64,000 bases of DNA, taken from contig JAPOQZ010000082.1 in assembly GCA_026710435.1 (NCBI GenBank), positions 19,770 to 83,769 of the forward strand, in the 5' to 3' direction. The DNA comes from a bacterium (lineage in GTDB: Bacteria > Actinomycetota > Acidimicrobiia > Spongiisociales > Spongiisociaceae). The notes under the pieces are model-generated. The model saw nothing but the letters and a program-made list of their open reading frames with translations. It ran no database searches and had not been told where the DNA came from. Below are positions 53,415 through 61,759 of this stretch, in pieces (position 1 is the first letter of the stretch; every line of letters begins with the position of its first letter). The translations under genes were made by a program, and so were the position numbers.

Positions 53415-54265
53415 AGACGACTGTCAAGGTCGGGAACGTCGAGGTGACGGCGATTCGGGACAAGGCCCACTCCTTCGATCGAGCGTGGCACTACCCGGCC
53501 GTTCCGGAAGAGGCCTGGGAACCGTACCTGGACCTCATCGAGAGGGATCCGGGAAACGCCATGGTCAACTTCCACTGCTTCGTGGTTCGTGGAGACGGCC
53601 GGGTCGTTCTGATCGACACCGGTTGGGGACCCGAACTGGGCCCTCCGGGGGCGCCCGAGTCGCGGGGGGCGTTGCCGGACCGGCTCGCGGAACTGGGCCT
53701 GCAGCCGGCCGATGTCGACACGGTGGCGTTCACGCACCTCCACGCCGACCATGTGGGCTGGAATCTGATCTACGACGGGGATGTCATCTCTCCCCGCTTC
53801 GGGAACGCCCGTTACCTGGTCTCCAAGCGGGACTGGGCCTTCTTCAGTTCCCGCGACGAGAACCACCCGAACATCGCCCGCCAAGCCCTGCCGCTGGAGC
53901 GCGCAGGGTTGCTCGACACGTTCCCGGACGGTCACCAGCTGACCAGGTCGATCACGGCGGTCGCCACCCCGGGACACACTCCCGGCCACACCAGCTTCGT
54001 GATCCAATCGGGCGGCGAGCGGCTGTTCGTACTCGGCGACCTCATCCACCATCCGGTGGTGGCAACCGAGACCGGATGGGTACACCGGTTCGACGCCGAC
54101 CCCGACGAAGCGGTCCTCACCCGCAAGCGCCAACTCCGCGGGTTGGAGGCGGAGCGGACCCTGGTGGCCGCCGGCCATCTGAACCATCCCACCTTCGGCA
54201 GGTTCGAGCGCCGGGATGGGCGGCGGGTCTGGCAGCCACGCGCAAGCGGGGAGACCGGCGGCTGA
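53411..54265 (+). CDS. MBL-fold metallo-hydrolase
   Basis: It has the HxHxDH motif THLHADHVG. An ATGA overlap joins it to the upstream gene. Confidence 0.85.
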   Translation: MKTTVKVGNVEVTAIRDKAHSFDRAWHYPAVPEEAWEPYLDLIERDPGNAMVNFHCFVVRGDGRVVLIDTGWGPELGPPGAPESRGALPDRLAELGLQPADVDTVAFTHLHADHVGWNLIYDGDVISPRFGNARYLVSKRDWAFFSSRDENHPNIARQALPLERAGLLDTFPDGHQLTRSITAVATPGHTPGHTSFVIQSGGERLFVLGDLIHHPVVATETGWVHRFDADPDEAVLTRKRQLRGLEAERTLVAAGHLNHPTFGRFERRDGRRVWQPRASGETGG

Positions 54266-54268
54266 TCC

Positions 54269-54733
54269 GTGGACCTCTTCGGTATCTTCCTGTTCCTGCA
54301 CCTGTTCGGCGCGATGGCCGGGATCGGCCCCACCTTCGTGTTCGGGAGGATCAGCCGGCAGGGCGCCGGCACGGAGCACTCTCTCTTCGCCACCCGTGTG
54401 GTCCGCCTGCTCACCAGCACCACGGCCATCCCGCTCTCCGCGCTGGTACTGGTGTCCGGGATCGGGCTGATGGTGGTGCGGGGCTACGCGCTGTTCGACC
54501 GGATGTGGTTGCTGGTGTCGATCATCCTCTTCGCGGGCAGCTTCACATACTCGATCACGGTCCAGAACCCCACCCTGGCGCGGGTGATCGAAGCCACCCG
54601 CGGCGGCGAGCAACCGACCGGGGAGGCGGCGGCCGAGATCGCCCGCCTCCGCATCCGGATACGTCGAGGAGGCATCTACCTGCGCGCCACTGCGACCGTG
54701 ATCCTGGTCCTTATGATCTTCAAGCCGTTCTGA
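54269..54733 (+). CDS. DUF2269-like integral membrane protein
   Basis: It has four hydrophobic helices, a FLHLFGAM N-terminus and a GTG start. Confidence 0.65.
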   Translation: MDLFGIFLFLHLFGAMAGIGPTFVFGRISRQGAGTEHSLFATRVVRLLTSTTAIPLSALVLVSGIGLMVVRGYALFDRMWLLVSIILFAGSFTYSITVQNPTLARVIEATRGGEQPTGEAAAEIARLRIRIRRGGIYLRATATVILVLMIFKPF

Positions 54734-54779
54734 GGGCGAACCATGTGCACATCCATGTCTAGATCGGAGGTCTAACCCG

Positions 54780-55634
54780 ATGGTTGAACCGACTCCCCCC
54801 CTCGTCTCGGGCGACTGGCTCGAAGCACGCCTCGACGACCCCACGGTGAGGGTCATCGAGATCCAGTACGAGGCGGACACCAGCGAGTACCAGGGCGGGC
54901 ACATCCCGGGCGCGGTCAACTGGTACTGGAAGGATGTGCTCTGGCACCCGCTGGAGCGCCAGTTCCCCACCCCCCAACTGATGGCAGAACGGTTCGGGGA
55001 GTCGGGAGTCTCGTCCGATACCACCGTCGTCTTCTACAGCGGGCGCAACCAGTACGCCATCTTCGCCTACTGGGTGACCGCGGTGATGAACGGCCATCCC
55101 GATGCGCGCGTGCTAGACGGGTCTCAGAAACGCTGGCAACTCGACGGCAGGCCCATGACCATGGACGTGCCGACGTTCGACTCCGTGACCTACGAACCGC
55201 AGCAGGCCGAGCGTGACGACTCGACGCGGGTCTTCTGCCACCAGTTGCTGGCAGACCTGGGGAAGCCGGGTCTTGCGGTGCTGGACGGGCGATACGAGTC
55301 GGAGTACGTGGGTGACCGGGTGAAGCCCGGCACCGGGTTCGACTACGGGGCCGAGCGCCACGGCCGCATTCCCGGCGCCCGCCACCTGATGTTCCGCCGC
55401 CTCTTCAACGACGACAACACCCTCCGATCACCGGCGGAACTGGAGGAGACGTTCCGATCGGTGGGAGCCGCACCCGACCAGGCCGACGAGGTGGTCGCCT
55501 ACTGCCGCCTCAGCCACCGGGCGTCCCTGCTCTGGTTCACCGCCACCCGGATACTCGGCTGGGACCACGTCCGCGTATACGACGGATCGTGGACGGAATG
55601 GGGCTCATCGGTCGGATTACCCGTCGAGCGATGA
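54780..55634 (+). CDS. Tandem-rhodanese sulfurtransferase (thiosulfate/3-mercaptopyruvate type)
   Basis: GHIPGAVN lies in domain 1 and the active-site loop CRLSHRAS in domain 2. The SD is GGAGG. Confidence 0.9.
   Translation: MVEPTPPLVSGDWLEARLDDPTVRVIEIQYEADTSEYQGGHIPGAVNWYWKDVLWHPLERQFPTPQLMAERFGESGVSSDTTVVFYSGRNQYAIFAYWVTAVMNGHPDARVLDGSQKRWQLDGRPMTMDVPTFDSVTYEPQQAERDDSTRVFCHQLLADLGKPGLAVLDGRYESEYVGDRVKPGTGFDYGAERHGRIPGARHLMFRRLFNDDNTLRSPAELEETFRSVGAAPDQADEVVAYCRLSHRASLLWFTATRILGWDHVRVYDGSWTEWGSSVGLPVER
55441..55630 (+). repeat. Left copy of an approximately 190-bp direct repeat (the rhodanese 3' end)
   Basis: It aligns base-for-base with 56347-56536, with about ten substitutions and no indels that I could see. 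Confidence 0.85.
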
Positions 55635-55693
55635 ACCGGAGAGGTTGAGCACCGCATCAACGAAGTCCGGTGCTTCGACGCGGAAAAGGACGG

Positions 55694-56029
55694 TTAGTCG
55701 AGGATGGCCCTGAGGCGGGCGAGCACCTCATGTGTGGTGTCGGTGGGCGCGGTCTCGAGGAATCGGCCGTTGCGGGCCCGTAGGTCGAGGACGCGGGGTT
55801 GATCACAGCGGACAACTCCACGCGTTATCGTCTCCGAATCGTCGAGAGATACGGTGAATCCACGCCGGCGCGCGAAGTTTCCGCCGGTGGTGATGGGTAC
55901 CACGATGGGGGTCCTCGTCAGCTGATTGAAGGCTGCGGGCGAAACGACCATGACCGGTCGGGTTCCGCGCTGTTCGTGACCCGCTGCTGGGTTGAGGTCT
56001 ACGAGCCAGATGTCCCCGCGTCGGGTCAA
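55694..56029 (-). CDS. mazF: MazF/PemK family type II toxin
   Basis: RGDIWLVDLNPAAGHEQRGTRPVMVVS...PIVVPITT is classical MazF. A TTG start overlaps the mazE stop. Confidence 0.9.
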   Translation of the reverse strand: MTRRGDIWLVDLNPAAGHEQRGTRPVMVVSPAAFNQLTRTPIVVPITTGGNFARRRGFTVSLDDSETITRGVVRCDQPRVLDLRARNGRFLETAPTDTTHEVLARLRAILD

Positions 56030-56283
56030 AGCAGTTCTTCGCCCACAGCCGCGCCGTCGATCCAGGCCCGATCTTCATCGTCCGGCGGGGCTGTCGGATC
56101 GCATTGCGCGATCAGATCTTCGAGCGCGTAGCTCGGGGGACGCCTGGGTACGACGATCAAGCGCCCGTCATCGATGGCAAGGTCAACCGTCGAACCCGAC
56201 CGCACTTGCAGCACATCGAGAAGCGCTGGAGGCACAGCGAGCATCACCGACCCACCGACCTGGCGAAGCACAGCAGCACGCAT
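56026..56283 (-). CDS. mazE: MazE-like antitoxin (AbrB/SpoVT fold)
   Basis: VGGSVMLAVPPALLDVLQVRSGSTVDLAIDDGRLIV is present with an acidic tail. Confidence 0.8.
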   Translation of the reverse strand: MRAAVLRQVGGSVMLAVPPALLDVLQVRSGSTVDLAIDDGRLIVVPRRPPSYALEDLIAQCDPTAPPDDEDRAWIDGAAVGEELL

Positions 56284-56346
56284 CCACACCTCCAGTGTTA
56301 TACCGGAGTATAACTCTAGTGGCAGCCCCGACAATGCGAGCGGACA

Positions 56347-56540
56347 TGGAGGAGGCGTTCCGGTCGGTGGGAGCTGCACCCGACCAGGCCGACGAGGTGG
56401 TCGCCTACTGCCGCCTCAGCCGCCGGGCGTCGTTGCTCTGGTTCACCGCCACCCGGACACTCGGCTGGGATCACGTCCGCGTATACGACGGATCGTGGAC
56501 GGAATGGGGCTCATCGGTCGGATTACCCGTCGAGCGGTAG
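56347..56540 (+). pseudogene. Orphan duplicate of the rhodanese 3' end (right copy of the direct repeat)
   Basis: It encodes ...EEAFRSVGAAPDQADEVVAYCRLSRRASLLWFTATRTLGWDHVRVYDGSWTEWGSSVGLPVER. The upstream part of the rhodanese gene is absent. Confidence 0.85.
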
Positions 56541-56615
56541 CCGAGCTGCGTACGGGAGCCTGATCCACCTGGCAGGCGGGGTTGGATCAGCGCGGCTAAT
56601 CCGCCGGAGGTGGGC

Positions 56616-57800
56616 TCATCGACCGGATGCTTGATAGGGCGGCCGATTCGTCTCCTGGTCGATCAACTCCTCGGCCAGGTCCGCGTCCGTCGCAGCGTCT
56701 ATCGCGGTCCAGGCCAGGGCCACCGCCCCGTCGATCACGGCCCGGTCGGCCGGCGGCCGGGCCGCGGCGTCCGTGAAGCCGGGCTGGTGGTTCACGGCGG
56801 GGAGCGAGTCGATGCCGATGAACGGATGGATGGTGGGGAGGTAAACGGATACGTTGCCCATGTCGGTCGATACCGGAGGGACGTTCCCGTCGTAGAAGGA
56901 CCTTCCCAGGCGTTCGGCATTGCGCCGGTACCGCCCGGCCAGACCGTTGTGGTGCTCGAGATGGCTGTAGGGAGGATTCGGCTTGCCGACGGTCAATTCG
57001 GCGCCGGTGGCCAGCGCGCCGGCCTCGAAGCACGCCTCCACCCGCCGGCGCAGTGCGTCGAGTTGGTCGATGTGGGGGGTTCTCACCATGTAGGAGGCTT
57101 CCCCCAGCGCGGGGATGATGTTGGCGGCCGTCCCCGCCTCGGTGACTATTCCGTGGACCCGGTAGGTGGAGTTGAGATGCTGGCGGAGCAGCCCGATGCC
57201 CACCTGTGCCACCACGAGCGCGTCGGCTGCGTTGACTCCCTGCTCCGGGAAGGCGGACGCGTGGGCTTCCTTCCCCCTGTAGGAGATCTCCAGCCATTCG
57301 ATGGCCACCACCGGCGGCGCAGCCACGTCGAACGGGGCGGGATGGACCATCATGGCCAGATGGGCCGAGTCGAAGGCGCCGGCCTCGAGGAGCAACACCT
57401 TGCCCCCGCCCGCCTCCTCCGCCGGTGTGCCGAGAACCACGACCTCCAACCCCACATCGTCGGCGACCTCGGCCAGCCCGATCCCGGCGCCCACCGCCGA
57501 TGCAGAGATGACGTTGTGTCCGCAGGCGTGCCCGATCCCCGGAAGGGCGTCGTACTCGGCGCAGATCACCACCTGCAACGGGCCGTCCCCGGCGACGGCC
57601 CGGACCGCGGTGGGGATCCCCCCGTAGCCGGCTTCCACACTGAACCCGGCCCGGTCGAGAGAGTCACCCACGCATGCCGCCGACCGCACCTCCTCGAAGG
57701 CCGTTTCCGACAAGCCATGGATGGTATGGCTCAGCGAGACGAGTTCCTCCCTCGCCCGCTCGATCACCCCCTGGACTACCGCTCTAGCATCCGTACCCAC
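56616..57800 (-). CDS. M20D family amidohydrolase (aminoacylase/hippurate hydrolase/AbgB-like)
   Basis: EYDALPGIGHACGHN is the hallmark M20D motif. Confidence 0.85.
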   Translation of the reverse strand: MGTDARAVVQGVIERAREELVSLSHTIHGLSETAFEEVRSAACVGDSLDRAGFSVEAGYGGIPTAVRAVAGDGPLQVVICAEYDALPGIGHACGHNVISASAVGAGIGLAEVADDVGLEVVVLGTPAEEAGGGKVLLLEAGAFDSAHLAMMVHPAPFDVAAPPVVAIEWLEISYRGKEAHASAFPEQGVNAADALVVAQVGIGLLRQHLNSTYRVHGIVTEAGTAANIIPALGEASYMVRTPHIDQLDALRRRVEACFEAGALATGAELTVGKPNPPYSHLEHHNGLAGRYRRNAERLGRSFYDGNVPPVSTDMGNVSVYLPTIHPFIGIDSLPAVNHQPGFTDAAARPPADRAVIDGAVALAWTAIDAATDADLAEELIDQETNRPPYQASGR

Positions 57801-57829
57801 ACCGACTCCCTGCGCTGCTCGTCACCTTC

Positions 57830-57937
57830 CTAGGAGGGTGCTGAGCAATCCACCAGCGGCCTGCCAATCGCCCGGCATGACTCCTGGGTCGGCGGGCGGC
57901 AGGACCGAGCAATCGGCATTGTTCAGAGCCCTTCTAG
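57830..57937 (+). repeat. MITE-like palindromic repeat, copy 3
   Basis: It reads CTAGGAGGGTGCTGAGCAATCCACCAGCGGCCTGCCAATCG...ATTGTTCAGAGCCCTTCTAG. Confidence 0.85.
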
Positions 57938-58155
57938 TCCGGAGGTTACCCCCCGACGCCCGTCTCGGCCGCTCGGGGCCGGGACGGACCGAAAGCCATC
58001 CCCATCGATACCCCATACCGAAGCGCCACGACCCGACACCGGCCATAGCTCGATTCAGGCTTCACTTCCCCAGGATGCGGGCGGGTTGAGGAGCCAACGA
58101 CTTCTGCTCGCGGTATAGTTTCTCTAGCGGCGAACATGTGTTATGGTGGTAGGGG

Positions 58156-59508
58156 ATGAGAGTTCGTAGGGTTCTGGTAGTGCTGGCGGTCACTGTCTGG
58201 GCGGTGATGCCGGTGCCCGTTTCGGGGGAGGACAGTTCGGGGGAAGAGACAGTAGCTGCCCTGTGCGATCCGGGTTCGGTGAGTCAGTTCACCGATGTGG
58301 TCACGGGTGAGTACGGAGCGGACTACATCCTATGTGTGAGGGCTCTGGGCTTGTCGGCGGGCACAGCAGGCGGCGCCTACGGTCCGGAATCCGAACTCAC
58401 GCGGGCGCAGATGGCCACGTTCTTGGTGCGGCTATGGCAGGACGTGTTGGGGAGGGATTGCCCGGAGAGCATGGGCGTACCGTTTGTCGACGTGGCGGGT
58501 AACACCCATGAGGGGGCTATCGGCTGCTTGTACGGTCTCGGTGTCACGGTGGGTACGACCGCGGTGACTTACGACCCGGATGGGACGGTGACAGGTTCTC
58601 AGATTTCGCGGTTCTTGGCACGCGTCTACGAGAAGGCTGGCAACAGTTGCGGTTTCGAGGGTGAGGAACTCGACCGGGCGGTGGATTGTTTGGCAGCTTC
58701 GAAGGTTATACCGTCGGAAGCTGAAGGCACCAGCACCGGGTCGGCCACCAGGGACCAGATGGCTGTGTACCTGATCGGGCTGTGGCACAACCTGGCAGGT
58801 CGGGGTCTCCCGCCGGCGCCTCCCCACAAACCTGCCAACCGCATGGCCGATGTCGCCCAGACCGTCGCTGTGACAAGGCGGTCTCTGGAAGACGACGGGG
58901 AATACGACGACGAAGGCGACGAGGACGACGACAACCCCAACGCAGGGACAACAACGCGGACCACGGTCCCCGACAACACCCCCTACACCGACAACGACGG
59001 AACCGACTCCGACGGCTACGACACCCCCGACGGAAGCAGCACAGTCGGTACACAGACAACCACCGGCACCACGGGACCGACATCAGCCTCAACCGGCACC
59101 ACAGCAGTCCCCGACAACACTCCGTACACCGACAACGACGGAACCGACTCCGACGGCTACGACACCCCCGACGGGAGCACCACAGTAGGTACACGAACAA
59201 CCACCGGCACCACGGGGCCGACATCAGCCTCAACCGGCACCACAGCAGTCCCCGACAACACTCCGTACACCGACAACGACGGAACCGACTCCGACGGCTA
59301 CGACACCCCCGACGGGAGCACCACAGTAGGTACACAGACAACCACCGGCACCACGGGGCCGACATCGACCTCAACCGGCAGCACAGTCGGTACGCAAGCA
59401 ACCACCGCTACCACGGTCTCTGCATCCACCACGACGGGGCCGACATCGACCTCAACCGGCACCACAGTCCCCGACTACAGCGACAGCGCCGACAGCGACA
59501 GCGATTGA
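58156..59508 (+). CDS. Secreted protein with SLH-like domains and three 47-aa Asp/Thr-rich repeats
   Basis: It has a signal peptide (VLVVLAVTVWAVMPVPVSG). Two clear SLH-like units are present (FTDV...TRAQMATFLVRLW; FVDV...GSQISRFLARVY) plus a weaker third. The repeats contain DNDGTDSDGYDTPDG, a calcium-binding thrombospondin-type-3-like pattern. Confidence 0.8.
   Translation: MRVRRVLVVLAVTVWAVMPVPVSGEDSSGEETVAALCDPGSVSQFTDVVTGEYGADYILCVRALGLSAGTAGGAYGPESELTRAQMATFLVRLWQDVLGRDCPESMGVPFVDVAGNTHEGAIGCLYGLGVTVGTTAVTYDPDGTVTGSQISRFLARVYEKAGNSCGFEGEELDRAVDCLAASKVIPSEAEGTSTGSATRDQMAVYLIGLWHNLAGRGLPPAPPHKPANRMADVAQTVAVTRRSLEDDGEYDDEGDEDDDNPNAGTTTRTTVPDNTPYTDNDGTDSDGYDTPDGSSTVGTQTTTGTTGPTSASTGTTAVPDNTPYTDNDGTDSDGYDTPDGSTTVGTRTTTGTTGPTSASTGTTAVPDNTPYTDNDGTDSDGYDTPDGSTTVGTQTTTGTTGPTSTSTGSTVGTQATTATTVSASTTTGPTSTSTGTTVPDYSDSADSDSD
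58966..59388 (+). repeat. 3 x 141-bp near-identical tandem repeat (coding)
   Basis: Units start at 58966, 59107 and 59248. Each encodes VPDNTPYTDNDGTDSDGYDTPDGS(S/T)TVGT(Q/R)TTTGTTGPTSASTGTTA. Confidence 0.9.
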
Positions 59509-60722
59509 CGGCTGCTCGTTCGGTCTGGTCGGGAGGTCGGCGGATTGCTTATCCCCGTGACCCTACGTTGGCCGGGTTGGGGAACCTGTTCGATACGGAG
59601 TGGGTGTGGGAGGCGTACTGCCAGCGGTTCGGTGGACGCAGGTCGGATCCTCGCCGCCTTGCGGTTCGTCTCGTTAACCACAGCCCGGGGAGGCGGATCC
59701 TGGTCTCCTACAGGATCGACTGGCAGCGTGGCGACTACCTGCCGTCGGAGTACTTCACGGTGTTGCTCGAGCGTGGCGACCCTGTTGAGATGTTCCGATA
59801 CCCGGCCGACCCCTACCTGCCGGGTCTCGCGCAAGCGGCCGATCCCGGAGCTGCGCACAGGCTGATCGGCCGACATGTACTGGTTTTCCCCGGCCGTCGG
59901 GTACGTGTGGAACTGGTTCGTTACCGGCCCCGCAGCCGAGCGGTGCTCCGCCACCGCCTCGGCAAAGTGAAGCTCTACGTCCGGGTGATGCGCCCGGCCG
60001 GTATGCCTTCTTTGCTGGAAGCAGCGCAACTCGTCGCACGTTCGGGATTCGCTGCTCCCCGAGTGGCCGGACGGTGGGACGACGGTGGGGTCGTATGGCT
60101 GTCGGAGATACCGGGCATCAACGTGCGCCAGTCCCTCAGGCAGGGAAACCCGCCAACCCCCGACATGCTTCTAGACGGACTTGAAAGCCTCTGGAGTCTT
60201 CCCCGCCACACAACCAGTGCCCGCCCGTTCGGTCTCCGCGGACGGTACTACTACGCAAGGCGGGTCATCCGCCACGCCCTCGAGAACCACCGAGCGACAT
60301 CTGCGCTTCGGGACACGACCCGGGTCCTCGACCGGTTCGTGGACGGCTGGGCACCGTCTGGCATCGCCCACAACGACTTCTACGACGACCAGATGATCGT
60401 CCTACCCGACGGCAGGCCGGCACTGGTCGACTTCGAGGAAGCAGGACCGGGTGACCCCATGCTCGACATCGGGAACTTCCTCGCCCACCTCAGATGGAAC
60501 TCGACTTTCAACAAGAACCCCGACGGAGACCCCAACGGCGTCTACTACGACCTGTTCCGGTCGGCGGCACTCGAACGGTACCGGTGGAACGAAGCGGACC
60601 TCAACCTACGCGAAGCCGTCTGCCTGTTCAGGATCGCCACCAACCCGATCCGACGGCCCCGCCCAGGGTGGCGCAACAAAGTAGAAACCGGCCTACATCT
60701 GGTCAACAACACACTCAACTGA
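59505..60722 (+). CDS. Phosphotransferase enzyme family (APH/choline-kinase-like) protein
   Basis: Catalytic-loop-like IAHNDFYDDQMIV and LVDFEEAGPGDPMLDIGNFLAHL are present. The start is uncertain: the TTG at 59505 overlaps the upstream stop, and a GTG near 59601 is the alternative. Confidence 0.65.
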   Translation: MTAARSVWSGGRRIAYPRDPTLAGLGNLFDTEWVWEAYCQRFGGRRSDPRRLAVRLVNHSPGRRILVSYRIDWQRGDYLPSEYFTVLLERGDPVEMFRYPADPYLPGLAQAADPGAAHRLIGRHVLVFPGRRVRVELVRYRPRSRAVLRHRLGKVKLYVRVMRPAGMPSLLEAAQLVARSGFAAPRVAGRWDDGGVVWLSEIPGINVRQSLRQGNPPTPDMLLDGLESLWSLPRHTTSARPFGLRGRYYYARRVIRHALENHRATSALRDTTRVLDRFVDGWAPSGIAHNDFYDDQMIVLPDGRPALVDFEEAGPGDPMLDIGNFLAHLRWNSTFNKNPDGDPNGVYYDLFRSAALERYRWNEADLNLREAVCLFRIATNPIRRPRPGWRNKVETGLHLVNNTLN

Positions 60723-60931
60723 ACCAACCCGCGTCATGGATGGATGCCTGGGCCGGTCCGATTAGCCGAGAGTTGTGTAGAACCCCAACATCGCCAACAA
60801 CCCGACGGTTTCGATGGTCCGTTCGTGGCGCAACTCTCGGACGGTGCCCTATGAGGAGAGGTCGTCGTTCTCCTGTCATCTGCGAAATTAACTTCTCGCT
60901 ACAATGCCTTTACCGATATTATTGTTTCCAT

Positions 60932-61258
60932 GTGTCTGCCGAGAAGGTGCTCAGTCCGGTAACTCTCGAGGCTGCCCGGCTGTTGGGCAATCGGGTGGCG
61001 TTAGCGCGGCGCGATCGCCGGTGGACAATCGCGGAGCTCGCCGAGAGGGTGGGTGTGTCGGTTGTCACGATCCGCAAGGTGGAGAGGGGTGACCCGAGCG
61101 TCGCCCTGGGCACGGCCCTCGAAGCGGCCGCTCTTGTCGGGGTGACGCTGTTCCACGGGGATCCGGCACGGCGCTCCCTGGAGGCGGAAGTCGTGCAGGC
61201 CAGGCTCGCACTGTTGCCGGCCTCGGTGCGCCGTAGGGTCGTCGATGACGACTTTTGA
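60932..61258 (+). CDS. XRE-family HTH protein (HipB-like antitoxin/regulator)
   Basis: It has the HTH_3 core WTIAELAERVGVSVVTIRKVERGD. It lies directly upstream of a HipA N-terminal fragment. The start is a GTG at 60932 or 60947. Confidence 0.7.
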   Translation: MSAEKVLSPVTLEAARLLGNRVALARRDRRWTIAELAERVGVSVVTIRKVERGDPSVALGTALEAAALVGVTLFHGDPARRSLEAEVVQARLALLPASVRRRVVDDDF

Positions 61259-61292
61259 TCGGAGCCCGGACCCTTTGGACCCTTTCGTGTAG

Positions 61293-61658
61293 GTGTGGCT
61301 GCCGGGGGCGACCGAGCCGGTTGTCGCAGGCAGGCTGAACGACCGCGGCCCGGTGACATTCGTCTACGGACGCAGCTACCTGCAGCGGCCCGACGCGGTC
61401 GCGCTGTACCTGCCCGAGCTTCCGCTGCAACCCGGGGAGATGTGGCCACTGTCGGGCGAGATCGCCGGCTTCGTGGCCGACTCGGCCCCCGACGCCTGGG
61501 GACGGCGGGCGATCATCGAGCACCTGATCAACGTGATCCGCACCGACTGGAATGATGTCTGCGATCTCGCCGCTATGCCCGCCGTCGATAGGCAACGGCT
61601 CTGGGGACGCCAGTTCCTCAACCCCTCCTCCCTGTACGGATACACCGTTGGCGGATAG
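61293..61658 (+). pseudogene. Truncated HipA-family toxin (N-terminal coupling domain only, kinase core missing)
   Basis: VWLPG...VAGRL...FVYGRSY...LPELPL...ADSAPDAWGRRAI fits the HipA N-terminal domain. The ORF is only 121 aa, whereas HipA is about 440 aa. Confidence 0.5.
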
Positions 61659-61759
61659 GTGACAGTGGACTATAAGGGGGGCCATGGTATTTGTGGCACC
61701 GTCGGGGATCGACAGGTAGGTTTCGGGACTCCTATCGTTCTGGTCGGAGAGAGGTAGTA

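Noticed and set aside
57938-58040. A possible third, degenerate copy of repeat family 2 just after MITE copy 3. Short shared strings include GGTTACC, GGCCGGGGCCGG-like and CATCCCCATCGATA.
   Set aside because: The shared strings occur in inconsistent order and orientation relative to copies A and B, and I could not build a collinear alignment by eye.
58966-59388. The regularly spaced 141-bp repeats could superficially suggest a CRISPR-like array.
   Set aside because: The units are directly adjacent with no unique spacers. They lie in frame inside a long ORF with a signal peptide and encode a coherent 47-aa protein repeat.
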